A stretch of 31,552 nucleotides of DNA from the NCBI GenBank assembly GCA_018711985.1, contig DVHS01000082.1, forward strand, positions 1 through 31,552, written 5' to 3'. The stretch is from Candidatus Egerieenecus merdigallinarum. GTDB lineage: Bacteria; Bacillota; Clostridia; Christensenellales; Aristaeellaceae. Shown piece by piece: positions 13,153-22,500 of this stretch (positions are counted from its first letter, which is position 1; the number at the start of each line of letters is the position of its first letter). The notes under the pieces were generated by a model. It searched no databases. It was not told where the DNA came from and saw only the letters and a list, made by a program, of their open reading frames with translations. Made by a program: the position numbers and the translations under genes.

Positions 13153-13707
13153 ATGAAACAGGTAATCGCAACGGCGAAGGAAAAAATGGGAAAAACCTGC
13201 GACGTTTATTTCAAGGAAATGCAGTCCCTGCGCGCCGGCCGGGCCAACCCGCGGCTGCTGGATAAAATCATGGTGGATTATTATGGCTCGCCCACGCCCA
13301 TCAACCAGCTGGGCAACATTGCCGCCCCGGAACCCCGGATGCTGACCATCTCCCTGTGGGATACCAAGGCGCTGCCCCTGGTGGAAAAAGCCATCCAAAA
13401 GAGCGACCTGGGGCTGAACCCCTCCAACGATGGCAAGGTGATCCGCCTGATCTTCCCCGAGCTCAACGAGGAGCGCCGCAAGGAGCTGACCAAGGTGGCC
13501 CGCAAGAGCGCCGAGGAAGCCAAGGTGGCCGTGCGCGCCATCCGCCGGGACGCCATCGAGCAGATCAAGAAGATGAAGAAGGATTCCGCCATTACCGAGG
13601 ATGACCAGCGCAAGGGCGAGGAAGAAATGCAGAAGGTGACCGATAACGCGGTGAAGGAAATCGACAAGATCTGTGCCGCCAAGGAAAAGGAGATCATGGA
13701 GGTTTGA
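13153..13707 (+). CDS. frr: Ribosome recycling factor
   Basis: GGAGGA lies 7 nt upstream of the ATG at 13153. MKQVIATAKEKMGKTCDVYFKEMQSLRAGRANPRLLDKIMVDYYGSPTPINQLGNI is the canonical RRF sequence. Confidence 0.9.
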   Translation: MKQVIATAKEKMGKTCDVYFKEMQSLRAGRANPRLLDKIMVDYYGSPTPINQLGNIAAPEPRMLTISLWDTKALPLVEKAIQKSDLGLNPSNDGKVIRLIFPELNEERRKELTKVARKSAEEAKVAVRAIRRDAIEQIKKMKKDSAITEDDQRKGEEEMQKVTDNAVKEIDKICAAKEKEIMEV

Positions 13708-13709
13708 CC

Positions 13710-13910
13710 GTGGATTGGCATGCGCTGCTGGGCTTGCCCCTGCCCATGGCCCAGGAGAAACTGCGCCAGGCTGGGGTGGAGGCGGAGATTGCATATTCCC
13801 GCAGCCCCCGGCGCCAGGCGCAGGAAGGCACGCCCCGGGTGGTACGCGCCACGCCGGGCCGGTTGACCGTCTGCTTTTTCCCCGACGGCGATCCGGGGGA
13901 GACGGAGTAA
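13710..13910 (+). CDS. Hypothetical small protein (about 66 aa) with PASTA-domain-like sequence; the start codon is uncertain (GTG 13710 or TTG 13704)
   Basis: GGAGG lies 9 nt upstream of the GTG. GC3 is about 85%, which matches coding regions in this genome. LLGLPLPMAQEKLRQAGVEAEIAY...VVRATPGRLTVCFF resembles a PASTA repeat. The ORF overlaps or abuts the frr stop. A strong terminator follows 15 nt after its stop. Confidence 0.4.
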   Translation: MDWHALLGLPLPMAQEKLRQAGVEAEIAYSRSPRRQAQEGTPRVVRATPGRLTVCFFPDGDPGETE

Positions 13911-13924
13911 AGAGATACAATGTG

Positions 13925-13964
13925 GGCATGCGCGGGCTCCCGTGGGCTGGCGCGTGCCTTTTTT
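13925..13964 (+). terminator. Intrinsic terminator or attenuator between frr/small ORF and uppS
   Basis: GGCAUGCGC-gggcucccgugggcug-GCGCGUGCC is followed by TTTTTT. AGGAGG and the uppS ATG come directly after it. Confidence 0.7.
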
Positions 13965-13984
13965 GAAAAAAGAGGAGGAATCCC

Positions 13985-14743
13985 ATGGCGTTTTTTTCAT
14001 CCCGCCGGCCGCATCATGGCCCCATGAGCCGGAGCGACTTCGCCAAGCTCCCCCGGCACGTGGCCATCATCATGGACGGCAACGGCCGCTGGGCCAAGAA
14101 GCACAAGCTGGCCGTGGCCATGGGACACCGCCAGGGCGTGGAGGCCCTGCGGGAAATCATCCGGCACACGGACGACCTGGGCATCGAGGCGCTGTCCCTG
14201 TACGCCTTCTCCACGGAAAACTGGAACCGTTCCCCCGAGGAGGTATCGGCGCTGATGGCGCTGATCCTGGAATTCTTTGCCTCGGAGATTGACGAGCTGG
14301 ACGCCAAGAATGTGCGCATCCTGATCCTGGGGGACAAGGGACGATTGCCCCCAAAGCAGCGCGACGCGCTGATTCAGGCGGAGGAGCGCACGGGAAAAAA
14401 TACCGGGCTGCACCTGAACATCGCCATCAATTACGGCGGCCGGGCGGAGCTGGCCCGGGCGGCCCGGGAGCTGGCACTGCTGGCCCAGAGCGGGGCGCTG
14501 GACCCAGAGCGGATTACCGAGCGCACCCTGGCGGATCACCTGTACACCCGGGGACAGCCGGACGTAGATCTGCTGATCCGCACCAGCGGGGAGATGCGGC
14601 TGAGCAACTTCCTGTTGTTCCAGTGCGCGTATGCTGAGTTTGTGTTTCCCACGGTGCTCTGGCCGGATTTCACCGTGCGGGACTATGACCAGGCGCTGCA
14701 AACCTTCGGGGGACGGCAGCGGCGCTTTGGCGGGCGGGTATAA
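13985..14743 (+). CDS. uppS: Isoprenyl transferase (undecaprenyl diphosphate synthase)
   Basis: HVAIIMDGNGRWA, FSTENWNR and IRTSGEMRLSNFLLFQ are the UppS motifs. AGGAGG lies 8 nt upstream of the ATG. Confidence 0.9.
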   Translation: MAFFSSRRPHHGPMSRSDFAKLPRHVAIIMDGNGRWAKKHKLAVAMGHRQGVEALREIIRHTDDLGIEALSLYAFSTENWNRSPEEVSALMALILEFFASEIDELDAKNVRILILGDKGRLPPKQRDALIQAEERTGKNTGLHLNIAINYGGRAELARAARELALLAQSGALDPERITERTLADHLYTRGQPDVDLLIRTSGEMRLSNFLLFQCAYAEFVFPTVLWPDFTVRDYDQALQTFGGRQRRFGGRV

Positions 14744-14788
14744 TCCACCCCCCGGGAAAAGGATACTGATAGAGAGAAGAGGTTGACC

Positions 14789-15610
14789 ATGGGACAAAGA
14801 GTGGCCACAGGCGCGATGCTGATCGTGTTTCTGATTATCCTGCTGTATTTCGGCGGGGTTGTTATGGGCGTTGGGGCAATCGTCTGCCTGTGCTTCGCCA
14901 TGCAGGAGGAATATCATGCCCTTGCGGTGGCGGGACACAGGCCTGTGGCCTGGCCCACCTGGCTGGGCATGGTGCTGGCGGTGCCCCTGGTGGCGCTGTA
15001 CGGGTCGGAGATGATCGTGCCCCTGCTGGGCGGTGTGTGCCTGCTCACCATGATCTGCGTGGTCTTCCGGGATGAACCGCGCCTGGAGGATGCGGTGCTC
15101 AGCGTGCTGCCGCTGTTTACCATTGTGCTGCCGGGCATGTGCATTGTGGCCCTGGCCCAGGTGCAGCCCAAGGCGCTGCAGGTGGTGCTGCTGAGCCTGG
15201 TGTTTGCCATTCCTGTGCTGGGGGATACCATGGCCTTTTTCGTGGGCAGCCGGGTGCGCGGCCCCAAGCTGTGCCCGGCGGTCAGCCCCAACAAGACCAT
15301 TTCCGGCGCGGTGGCCGGGCTGGTGGGCAGCCTGGTGGCCGCGGCGGCGGTGGGCGTGGTCAGCCTGATATTCTGTGACCAAGCCACCCTGGCGCAGCTG
15401 CCCACCTGGTGGCAGTATGCGCTGCTGGGCTTGGTGGGCGGCGTGGCCGGACAAATGGGCGACCTGTTCGCTTCCCTGGTGAAGCGGCATTGCGGCATCA
15501 AGGACTTTTCCAACCTGTTCCCGGGGCACGGGGGCATGCTGGACCGCCTGGACAGCATCCTGTTCATGGCGGTGGTGATGATCTGCTACCGGCTGCTCCA
15601 GGGCATTTGA
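14789..15610 (+). CDS. cdsA: Phosphatidate cytidylyltransferase
   Basis: A polytopic membrane protein. The C-terminal CdsA signature is KRHCGIKDFSNLFPGHGGMLDRLDS. I prefer the ATG at 14789 with GAGG 6 nt upstream. The TTG at 14783 is an alternative start. Confidence 0.85.
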   Translation: MGQRVATGAMLIVFLIILLYFGGVVMGVGAIVCLCFAMQEEYHALAVAGHRPVAWPTWLGMVLAVPLVALYGSEMIVPLLGGVCLLTMICVVFRDEPRLEDAVLSVLPLFTIVLPGMCIVALAQVQPKALQVVLLSLVFAIPVLGDTMAFFVGSRVRGPKLCPAVSPNKTISGAVAGLVGSLVAAAAVGVVSLIFCDQATLAQLPTWWQYALLGLVGGVAGQMGDLFASLVKRHCGIKDFSNLFPGHGGMLDRLDSILFMAVVMICYRLLQGI

Positions 15611-15663
15611 GTGAAAAAAACGCTCCGGGACGGTTCCCGGGGGATAAGGCAGGGAGATAGGCC

Positions 15664-16824
15664 ATGCGTTCGTTGAATATACTAGGCAGCACAGGGTCCA
15701 TCGGTACCCAGGCGCTGCAGGTGGCGGCGCTCCACCCGGACCGCTTCACCGTGCGGGCGCTGACGGCCCGGCGGAACAAGGAGCTGCTCTTTGAGCAGGT
15801 GCGGACCTTCCGCCCGGAAATGGCCGGCCTGGTGGAACCCATTCCCGCGGAGGAGATCCCCGCGGATTGCCGCTTCTGCCGCTGGGTCATGGGGCCGGAG
15901 GCCCTCCATGCCGCCGCCGCGGAGGTGGAGGCGGACATGGTGCTGGTGGCTGTGGTGGGCATTGCCGGGCTGCAGAGCGTCATGGACGCCCTGGGGGCCG
16001 GGCGGCAGGTGCTCCTGGCCAACAAGGAGGCCCTGGTCACCGGCGGCCATCTGGTCATGGACGCGGCCCGGCGGGCGGGTAAGCCGCTGCTGCCCGTGGA
16101 CAGCGAGCACAGCGCCATTTTCCAGTGTCTGCAGGGGGCGGGCGGCAACCGGCCCCGGCGCCTGCTGCTCACGGCCTCGGGCGGGCCTTTCCGCACCTGG
16201 TCCCGGGAGGAAATGGACCGGGCCACTCCGGCCCAGGCCCTGCGCCACCCCAACTGGAGCATGGGCGCGAAGATTACCGTGGACTCCGCCTCCATGTTTA
16301 ACAAGGCCCTGGAGATTATGGAGGCCCGCTGGCTCTTTGACATGCCCGCGGAGAAGATTCAGGTGGTGGTGCATCCCCAGAGCATCCTGCATTCCGCGGT
16401 GGAGTTCGAGGATGGCGCGGTCATTGGCCAGATGGGCACGCCGGACATGCGCCTGCCTATCCTGTATGCCATGAGTTATCCGGAGCGCCTGCCCACGGGG
16501 GGCGCGGCATTGGACCTGTTTGCCCTGGGCACCCTGACCTTTGAAAAGGGCGACCCGGAGCGCTTCCCGGCCCTGCGCCTGGCGGGGGAATGCCTGCGGG
16601 CGGGGGGCGCGGCCTGCGCCGTGCTCAACGGGGCCAATGAGGCGGCGGTGGCCGCCTTTCTGCGGGAGGAGATTCCCTTTGGCGCCATCGCGCGACTGGT
16701 GGAAGGCGCGCTGGAGGCCCTGCCGGGGTTGCCCGCCACAACCCTGGAAGAAATTTTTGCGGCGGATCAGGCCGCGCGGCGAGCGGTGGACGCTCAGCTG
16801 CGCCGCATGAAAGGAGCAATATGA
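15664..16824 (+). CDS. dxr: 1-deoxy-D-xylulose 5-phosphate reductoisomerase
   Basis: ILGSTGSIGTQAL is the NADPH motif and LANKEALV, DSEHSAIFQ also match. AGGGAG lies 8 nt upstream. Confidence 0.95.
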   Translation: MRSLNILGSTGSIGTQALQVAALHPDRFTVRALTARRNKELLFEQVRTFRPEMAGLVEPIPAEEIPADCRFCRWVMGPEALHAAAAEVEADMVLVAVVGIAGLQSVMDALGAGRQVLLANKEALVTGGHLVMDAARRAGKPLLPVDSEHSAIFQCLQGAGGNRPRRLLLTASGGPFRTWSREEMDRATPAQALRHPNWSMGAKITVDSASMFNKALEIMEARWLFDMPAEKIQVVVHPQSILHSAVEFEDGAVIGQMGTPDMRLPILYAMSYPERLPTGGAALDLFALGTLTFEKGDPERFPALRLAGECLRAGGAACAVLNGANEAAVAAFLREEIPFGAIARLVEGALEALPGLPATTLEEIFAADQAARRAVDAQLRRMKGAI

Positions 16825-17894
16825 CGGTATTGTATGTCCTGTTGGCCATTTTACTATTGGGCATTCTGATTATGGTGCACGAGTGGGGGCACTTCATCGC
16901 CGCGAGGCTTACGGGCATTGAGGTGATGGAGTTCTCCATCGGTTTTGGGCCGAAGCTCCTGGGCTGGAAGGGCAAGAAGCACGAGACGGCCTTCTCCCTG
17001 CGGGCCATTCCCATGGGCGGTTACTGCGCCTTCTACGGAGAGGATGACGCGGAGGGCAAGACCCTCGACGATCCCCGGGCATACAGCAGGCAGAGCGTAT
17101 GGAAGCGCATGTTCACCGTGCTCATGGGGCCGGGCATGAACTTTGTGCTGGCCTTTGTGGTGCTGATGCTGTATTTCTGGATCGGCGGGGCGCAGGTGCC
17201 CGTGGCGGCCCATCCCTACATCAGCCAGGTGGAGAGCGGCCCGGCCCAGGAGGCGGGGTTGCAAGCGGGGGACGTGATCACCCGCATCGACGGGGTGGAT
17301 GTGCTGGACGGCACCACCGATACGCTCATCAACGCCATTGCCGCCTATGACGGCGACGGCCCCATGCTGGTAACCGTGCAGCGGGGGGACACCACCTTTG
17401 ACACGGAGATCACGCCTTTCTATGACGAGACGGAGGGCAAATACCGCCTGGGCATCACCGTGGGCGCCACCTACGACATGGAGCGCCAACGCCTGGGCTT
17501 CCTGGCTTCGGTGCAAAACAGCTGGGCCAACTGCGTCTACGCGGGCGGGGCTATCTTCAATGCCCTGAAGGACCTGGTGACCACCGGCGCGGGCCTGGAC
17601 CAGACCGCCGGCCCCGTGGGCATGATCTCCATGATATCCGATCAGGTGCAGCAGGGGGGCTTTGACAGCTACATCAACCCGCTGGTGGTGCTCTCCATCA
17701 ACCTGGGCATCATGAACCTGCTGCCCATTCCCGGGCTGGACGGTTCCCGCTTCCTGTTCATGGTGGTGGAGGCCATCCGTCGCAAACCCGTGCCCCCGCG
17801 CCGGGAGGCCATGGTGCACTTGACGGGCTATGTGCTGCTGCTGGGGCTGATGATTTTCTTCACCTATAAGGATGTGCTCCGGCTGTTCCAATAA
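16821..17894 (+). CDS. rseP: RIP (site-2) zinc metalloprotease RseP
   Basis: The ATG overlaps the dxr stop (ATGA). HEWGHF is the HExxH motif. A PDZ domain and the C-terminal LDGSR(F) LxxxD motif are present. Confidence 0.9.
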   Translation: MTVLYVLLAILLLGILIMVHEWGHFIAARLTGIEVMEFSIGFGPKLLGWKGKKHETAFSLRAIPMGGYCAFYGEDDAEGKTLDDPRAYSRQSVWKRMFTVLMGPGMNFVLAFVVLMLYFWIGGAQVPVAAHPYISQVESGPAQEAGLQAGDVITRIDGVDVLDGTTDTLINAIAAYDGDGPMLVTVQRGDTTFDTEITPFYDETEGKYRLGITVGATYDMERQRLGFLASVQNSWANCVYAGGAIFNALKDLVTTGAGLDQTAGPVGMISMISDQVQQGGFDSYINPLVVLSINLGIMNLLPIPGLDGSRFLFMVVEAIRRKPVPPRREAMVHLTGYVLLLGLMIFFTYKDVLRLFQ

Positions 17895-17924
17895 AAATCA
17901 CTCACACAAGCGGAGGGATACGGG

Positions 17925-18989
17925 ATGTACGAAACGCGCAAGGTATCCGTGGGCAGGCTGGTCATGGGTGGCCACAACCCGGTATGGGTGCAGTCCATGA
18001 CCAACACCGACACCCGGGACGTGGGAAAGACCCTGGCCCAGATCCGCGCCCTGCACGCCGCGGGCTGCGACCTGGTGCGGGTGAGCGTGTACGACGTGGC
18101 CTGTGCCAAGGCCGTGCGCGACCTGGTGGACGGCTCGCCCTGCCCCCTGGTGGCGGACATTCACTTTGACCATACCCTGGCCATCATGGCCGCGGAAAAC
18201 GGCATCAGCAAGCTGCGCATCAACCCCGGCAACATCGGCGGGGAAGCCAACGTGCGCATGCTGGCGGACTGCGCCCGGATGCACCGCATTCCCATCCGCA
18301 TCGGGGTGAACAGCGGCTCCATTGAAAAGGATATTTTGGAAAAGTACGGCGGGCCCACCGCCGAGGGCATGGTGGAAAGCGCACTACAGCACGCCCGTAT
18401 GCTGGAAAAGGCGGGCTTTGAGGACATCGTGCTGTCCATGAAGGCCAGCGACGTGCGCCTCACCGTGGAAACCTACCGCCTGGCCGCCCAGCGCTGCGAC
18501 TATCCCCTGCACGTGGGCGTCACCGAGGCGGGGCTGCCCGGCCAGGGCACCATCAAGAGCGCCATCGGCATCGGTTCCCTGCTGCTGGACGGCATCGGCG
18601 ATACCATCCGCGTGAGCCTCACCGGCGATCCCCTGCCCGAAGCCCAGGCCGCCTGGGACATCCTCCGGGCCATCGGCCTGCGCACCCAGGGGGTGCAGTT
18701 GGTTTCCTGCCCCACCTGCGGCCGTACCTGCATTGACGTGGCGGGCATCGCCGCCCGGGTGGAAAAGGAGCTGAAGGATATCCGCGTGCCGCTGAAGGTG
18801 GCGGTCATGGGCTGCATTGTCAATGGCCCCGGGGAGGCACGGGAGGCCGACGTGGGCATCGCGGGAGGCAAGTCCGGGGGCGCGCTGTTTGTCAAGGGGC
18901 AAACGGCCCGCCGGGTGGACGGCGACCTGGCCCAGGCGCTCATCGACGCGGCCCGCGCCATTGCGGCCCAGCGGGAAAAGGAAAGCTGA
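17925..18989 (+). CDS. ispG: 4-hydroxy-3-methylbut-2-enyl diphosphate synthase (flavodoxin-type)
   Basis: A TIM-barrel N-terminal domain is followed by a C-terminal 4Fe-4S domain (CPTCGRTC...MGCIVNGPGE). GGAGGG lies 7 nt upstream. Confidence 0.95.
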   Translation: MYETRKVSVGRLVMGGHNPVWVQSMTNTDTRDVGKTLAQIRALHAAGCDLVRVSVYDVACAKAVRDLVDGSPCPLVADIHFDHTLAIMAAENGISKLRINPGNIGGEANVRMLADCARMHRIPIRIGVNSGSIEKDILEKYGGPTAEGMVESALQHARMLEKAGFEDIVLSMKASDVRLTVETYRLAAQRCDYPLHVGVTEAGLPGQGTIKSAIGIGSLLLDGIGDTIRVSLTGDPLPEAQAAWDILRAIGLRTQGVQLVSCPTCGRTCIDVAGIAARVEKELKDIRVPLKVAVMGCIVNGPGEAREADVGIAGGKSGGALFVKGQTARRVDGDLAQALIDAARAIAAQREKES

Positions 18990-19003
18990 ACAGCACCGGT
19001 AAA

Positions 19004-19051
19004 GCAACGCAAGGGAGGCGGCGCGAAGCCCCTCCCTTCCGTTGCCTTTTT
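19004..19051 (+). terminator. Strong hairpin plus U-tract after ispG
   Basis: GCAACG-c-AAGGGAGG-cggcgcgaagcc-CCTCCCTT-c-CGTTGC is followed by CTTTTTGGG. Confidence 0.6.
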
Positions 19052-19089
19052 GGGCGGTATATCCCAGTACAAAGGCAGGAGGGATACCC

Positions 19090-19542
19090 ATGACGCAGCT
19101 GCGCTACGCCCCCGCCCGGGAGGAGGACATCCCCGCCATCTTCGCCCAGGCCAAGACGGTGATTGACGCCTATGAGGATGTGGAGCATATCCCCTATGAC
19201 CGGGTCATGGACTGGATGCGCCGGAAGATCGCCGGGCATTTGACGGAATACCGGCGCATTTACCGCGGGGAGGAGCTGGCGGGCTATTACCGCTTCGCCC
19301 CGGCGGAGGGGAAGATGGAGCTGGACGACCTGTACATCCTCCCGGCGTACCGGGGGCAGGGCATCGGAAGCGCGGTGCTTCGGGACTGCCTGGCCGCCAC
19401 GGAAAAGCCGGTATTTCTGTACGTGTTTACGCGAAATGTCCGCGCCCGGGCACTGTATGAGCGCCTGAGCTTCCGGACGGTACAAGAGGTAGGCGCCACC
19501 CGGCTGATCCTGGAGCGGGCTGGCGGAAGGGAGGCTCCATGA
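19090..19542 (+). CDS. GNAT-family N-acetyltransferase
   Basis: AGGAGGG lies 7 nt upstream of the ATG at 19090. YILPAYRGQGIGSAVL is the acetyl-CoA-binding motif. The stop overlaps the polC start (ATGA). Confidence 0.8.
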   Translation: MTQLRYAPAREEDIPAIFAQAKTVIDAYEDVEHIPYDRVMDWMRRKIAGHLTEYRRIYRGEELAGYYRFAPAEGKMELDDLYILPAYRGQGIGSAVLRDCLAATEKPVFLYVFTRNVRARALYERLSFRTVQEVGATRLILERAGGREAP

Positions 19543-22500
19543 GCTACGAGGATTTATTGACGAAGATTTACAACGAGCTGCCCCAGCTCAAGGGGCAGCT
19601 GCACACCCCCCACGTGGTCTACGTGAAGCCCCAGGGGAAGGTGTACATCACCTTCCAGAGCGACGTGCTGGTGGAGGAGGCCGCCTTCCTGAAAATGGAA
19701 CGGGTGCTGCGGCAGGTGTTCTCCCAGTGCCCCCTGGCCCTGCGAGTGGTCAGCCCCTCCCTGGCCCAGGACTTCCTGGCGCATATTGAGAACTACAAGC
19801 AGGTGTTTGTGGACTTCCTCAAGCGGAATTATCCCGCCTCCATCAGCTGGATGGATCAGATGGACTGGCGCTGCGACGGGGAGCGGATCACCCTGACCTT
19901 CCCGGACCCCTTTTCCCTGGAATTCATGGGCCGGCAGGGGGTGTCCGCGCGGCTGGTGCAGGCGGTGAAGGACATCTTCGGCATCGAGGTGAAGGTGGAG
20001 CTGGCCGTGGCCGGGGATCAGGAGGCGCGGCTGGCCGCCCTGCGGGAGGAGCGCCGCAAGGCCCAGGAGCAGGCCTATACCCTGGCCCAGCTGCAGCAGA
20101 GCGCGCCCGCGGAAAAGCAGCCCCGGAAGGAACCCGCCGAAAAGCGGGAGCGCAAGCCCGCCGAGAAGCGCGACAAGCCCGAAGCCGAGGCCAAGCCCCG
20201 GGCGCCCCTGGCCCCCATGATGACCGACCATGCCCTGGGCAAGCCCATCCTGGGCCGGGCCATCGCCGAGCGCCCCGTGGAGATGAAGGAGCTCACCAGC
20301 GACGCGGGCCTGGTTACCGTGCAGGGGGACATCTTCAAGCTGGAAACCAAGGAGCTCAAGGGCGGGGAACTGCTGCTGCTGACCTTTGCCATCACGGACT
20401 ATACCTCCTCCATCCTGTGCAAGACCTTCCTGCGCTACCGCAACCGCTTTGGCCGCAAGAAGGACGACGACGCGCCCCCCGAACCCATCACCGCCGAGGA
20501 GCGCAAGGCCGTCATGGACAAGGTGGAGCAGATCAAGGTGGGCATGAACGTGAAGGTGCGCGGGGAATGCCTCTATGACAACTTCGCCCATGAGCTGTCC
20601 ATTTCCGTGCGGGACGTGGTGCCCATGGAGCGCGTGGAGCGAGAGGACACCGCCGAGGAAAAGCGCGTGGAGCTGCATATGCACACCAACATGTCTACCA
20701 TGGACGCCCTGACCCCCGCGGGAGACCTCATCAAGCGGGCCATCAAGTGGGGGCATCCCGCCGTGGCCATCACCGATCACGGGGTGGTGCAGTCCTTCCC
20801 CGCGGCCTTCAATGCCGTGAAGGGGCAGAATATCAAGCTCATCCCCGGCTGCGAGGGCTACCTCATCGACGAGGCGGAGATCGTCCAGGACCCCGACGAC
20901 CGGGACTTTGACGAGCCTATCATCGTCCTGGACTTTGAGTCCACGGGGCTGAACACCAACACCGCCCGGGTCATTGAAATCGGCGCGGTGAAGCTGGTGG
21001 AGGGCACGGTGACGGACTCCCTGAGCATCCTGGTCAACCCCAAGCAGCCCCTCAAGCCCAAGATTACCGAGATCACCGGCATCACCGACATGATGCTCGC
21101 CGACAAGGAGACCGCGGAGACCGCCATCCCCAAGCTCATGGAATTTATCGGGGATTGCCCCATCGCGGCCCACAACGCGAACTATGACGCTTCCCTGCTG
21201 CGGGCGGAGCTGCGGCGGCTGGGTAGATCGTGGCAGGCGCCGGTGCTGGATACCCTCACCTTTGCCCGTAAGCTCTACCCGGAGATGAAGAGCCACAAGC
21301 TGGGCAGCGTGTGCAAGCACCTGGGCGTGAGCCTGAAAAACGCCCACCGGGCCGTCCACGACGCCACCGCCACCGCCCTGTGCCTGGCCAAGATGTACAA
21401 GGAGGCCCGGGAGCGGGGCATCAATACTCTGCGGGGCCTGAACGAGGCCCTCAAGGGTGGGGCCATCGGGGAGAGCTTCCATATCATCCTGCTGGTGAAA
21501 ACCCAGAAGGGCATGGAGAACCTCAACCGCCTGGTGTCCATCGGGCACCTGGACTATTTCCGCCGCCGCCCCCACATGCCCCGGCGCTTCATCCAGAAGT
21601 ACCGGGAGGGGCTCATCGTGGGCAGCGCCTGCGAGGCCGGGGAGCTTTTCCGCGCGGTGCTGGCCGGGGAAAGCTGGGACAAGCTCAAGAAGATCGCCCG
21701 GTTCTACGATTACCTGGAGATTCAGCCCATCGGCAACAACGCCTTCCTGGTGCGGGAGGGGCAGGTGGCCGACGACGAGGGATTGCGGGAGCTGAACCGC
21801 ACCATCGTCCGCTTGGGGCAGGAGCTGGGCATTCCCGTGGTGGCCACGGGGGACGTGCACTTCCTGGACCCCCACAACGCCGTGAACCGCGCCATTATCC
21901 AGGCGGGCCTGGGCTATGAGGACTGCGACCAGCAGCCGCCCCTGTACTTCAAAACTACCAACGAGATGCTGGAGGAATTCGCCTACCTGGGCGAAGAAAA
22001 GGCTCGTGAGGTGGTCATTACCAACCCACGCAAAATCGCCGACCAGGTGGAAACCTTGCGCCTGTTCCCCAAGCACCCCAAGGGCGAGGATACCTTCCAG
22101 CCCTTCTGGCCCGATGCCGCGGATAACATTCAAAACATGTCCTGGGGCACGGCCAAGGACTGGTACGGCGATCCCTTGCCCGACCTGGTGGTCAAGCGCC
22201 TGGAAAAGGAGCTGGGCTCGATCATCGGCTACGGTTTCGCCACGCTGTACAACATTGCCGAGCGGCTGGTGAAGCGCTCCCTGGATGACGGCTACCTGGT
22301 GGGTAGCCGCGGTTCCGTGGGCTCCAGCTTTGTGGCCTGCATGTGCGGCATCACCGAGGTGAACGCCCTGCCGCCCCACTACCGCTGCCCCCACTGCCAC
22401 AAGGGCTTTTTCGACGTGGACAAGAGCAAGTACAAGGTGGGCGTGGACCTGCCGGACAAGGATTGCCCCCTGTGCGGACGCCCCCTGGTGAAGGACGGCT

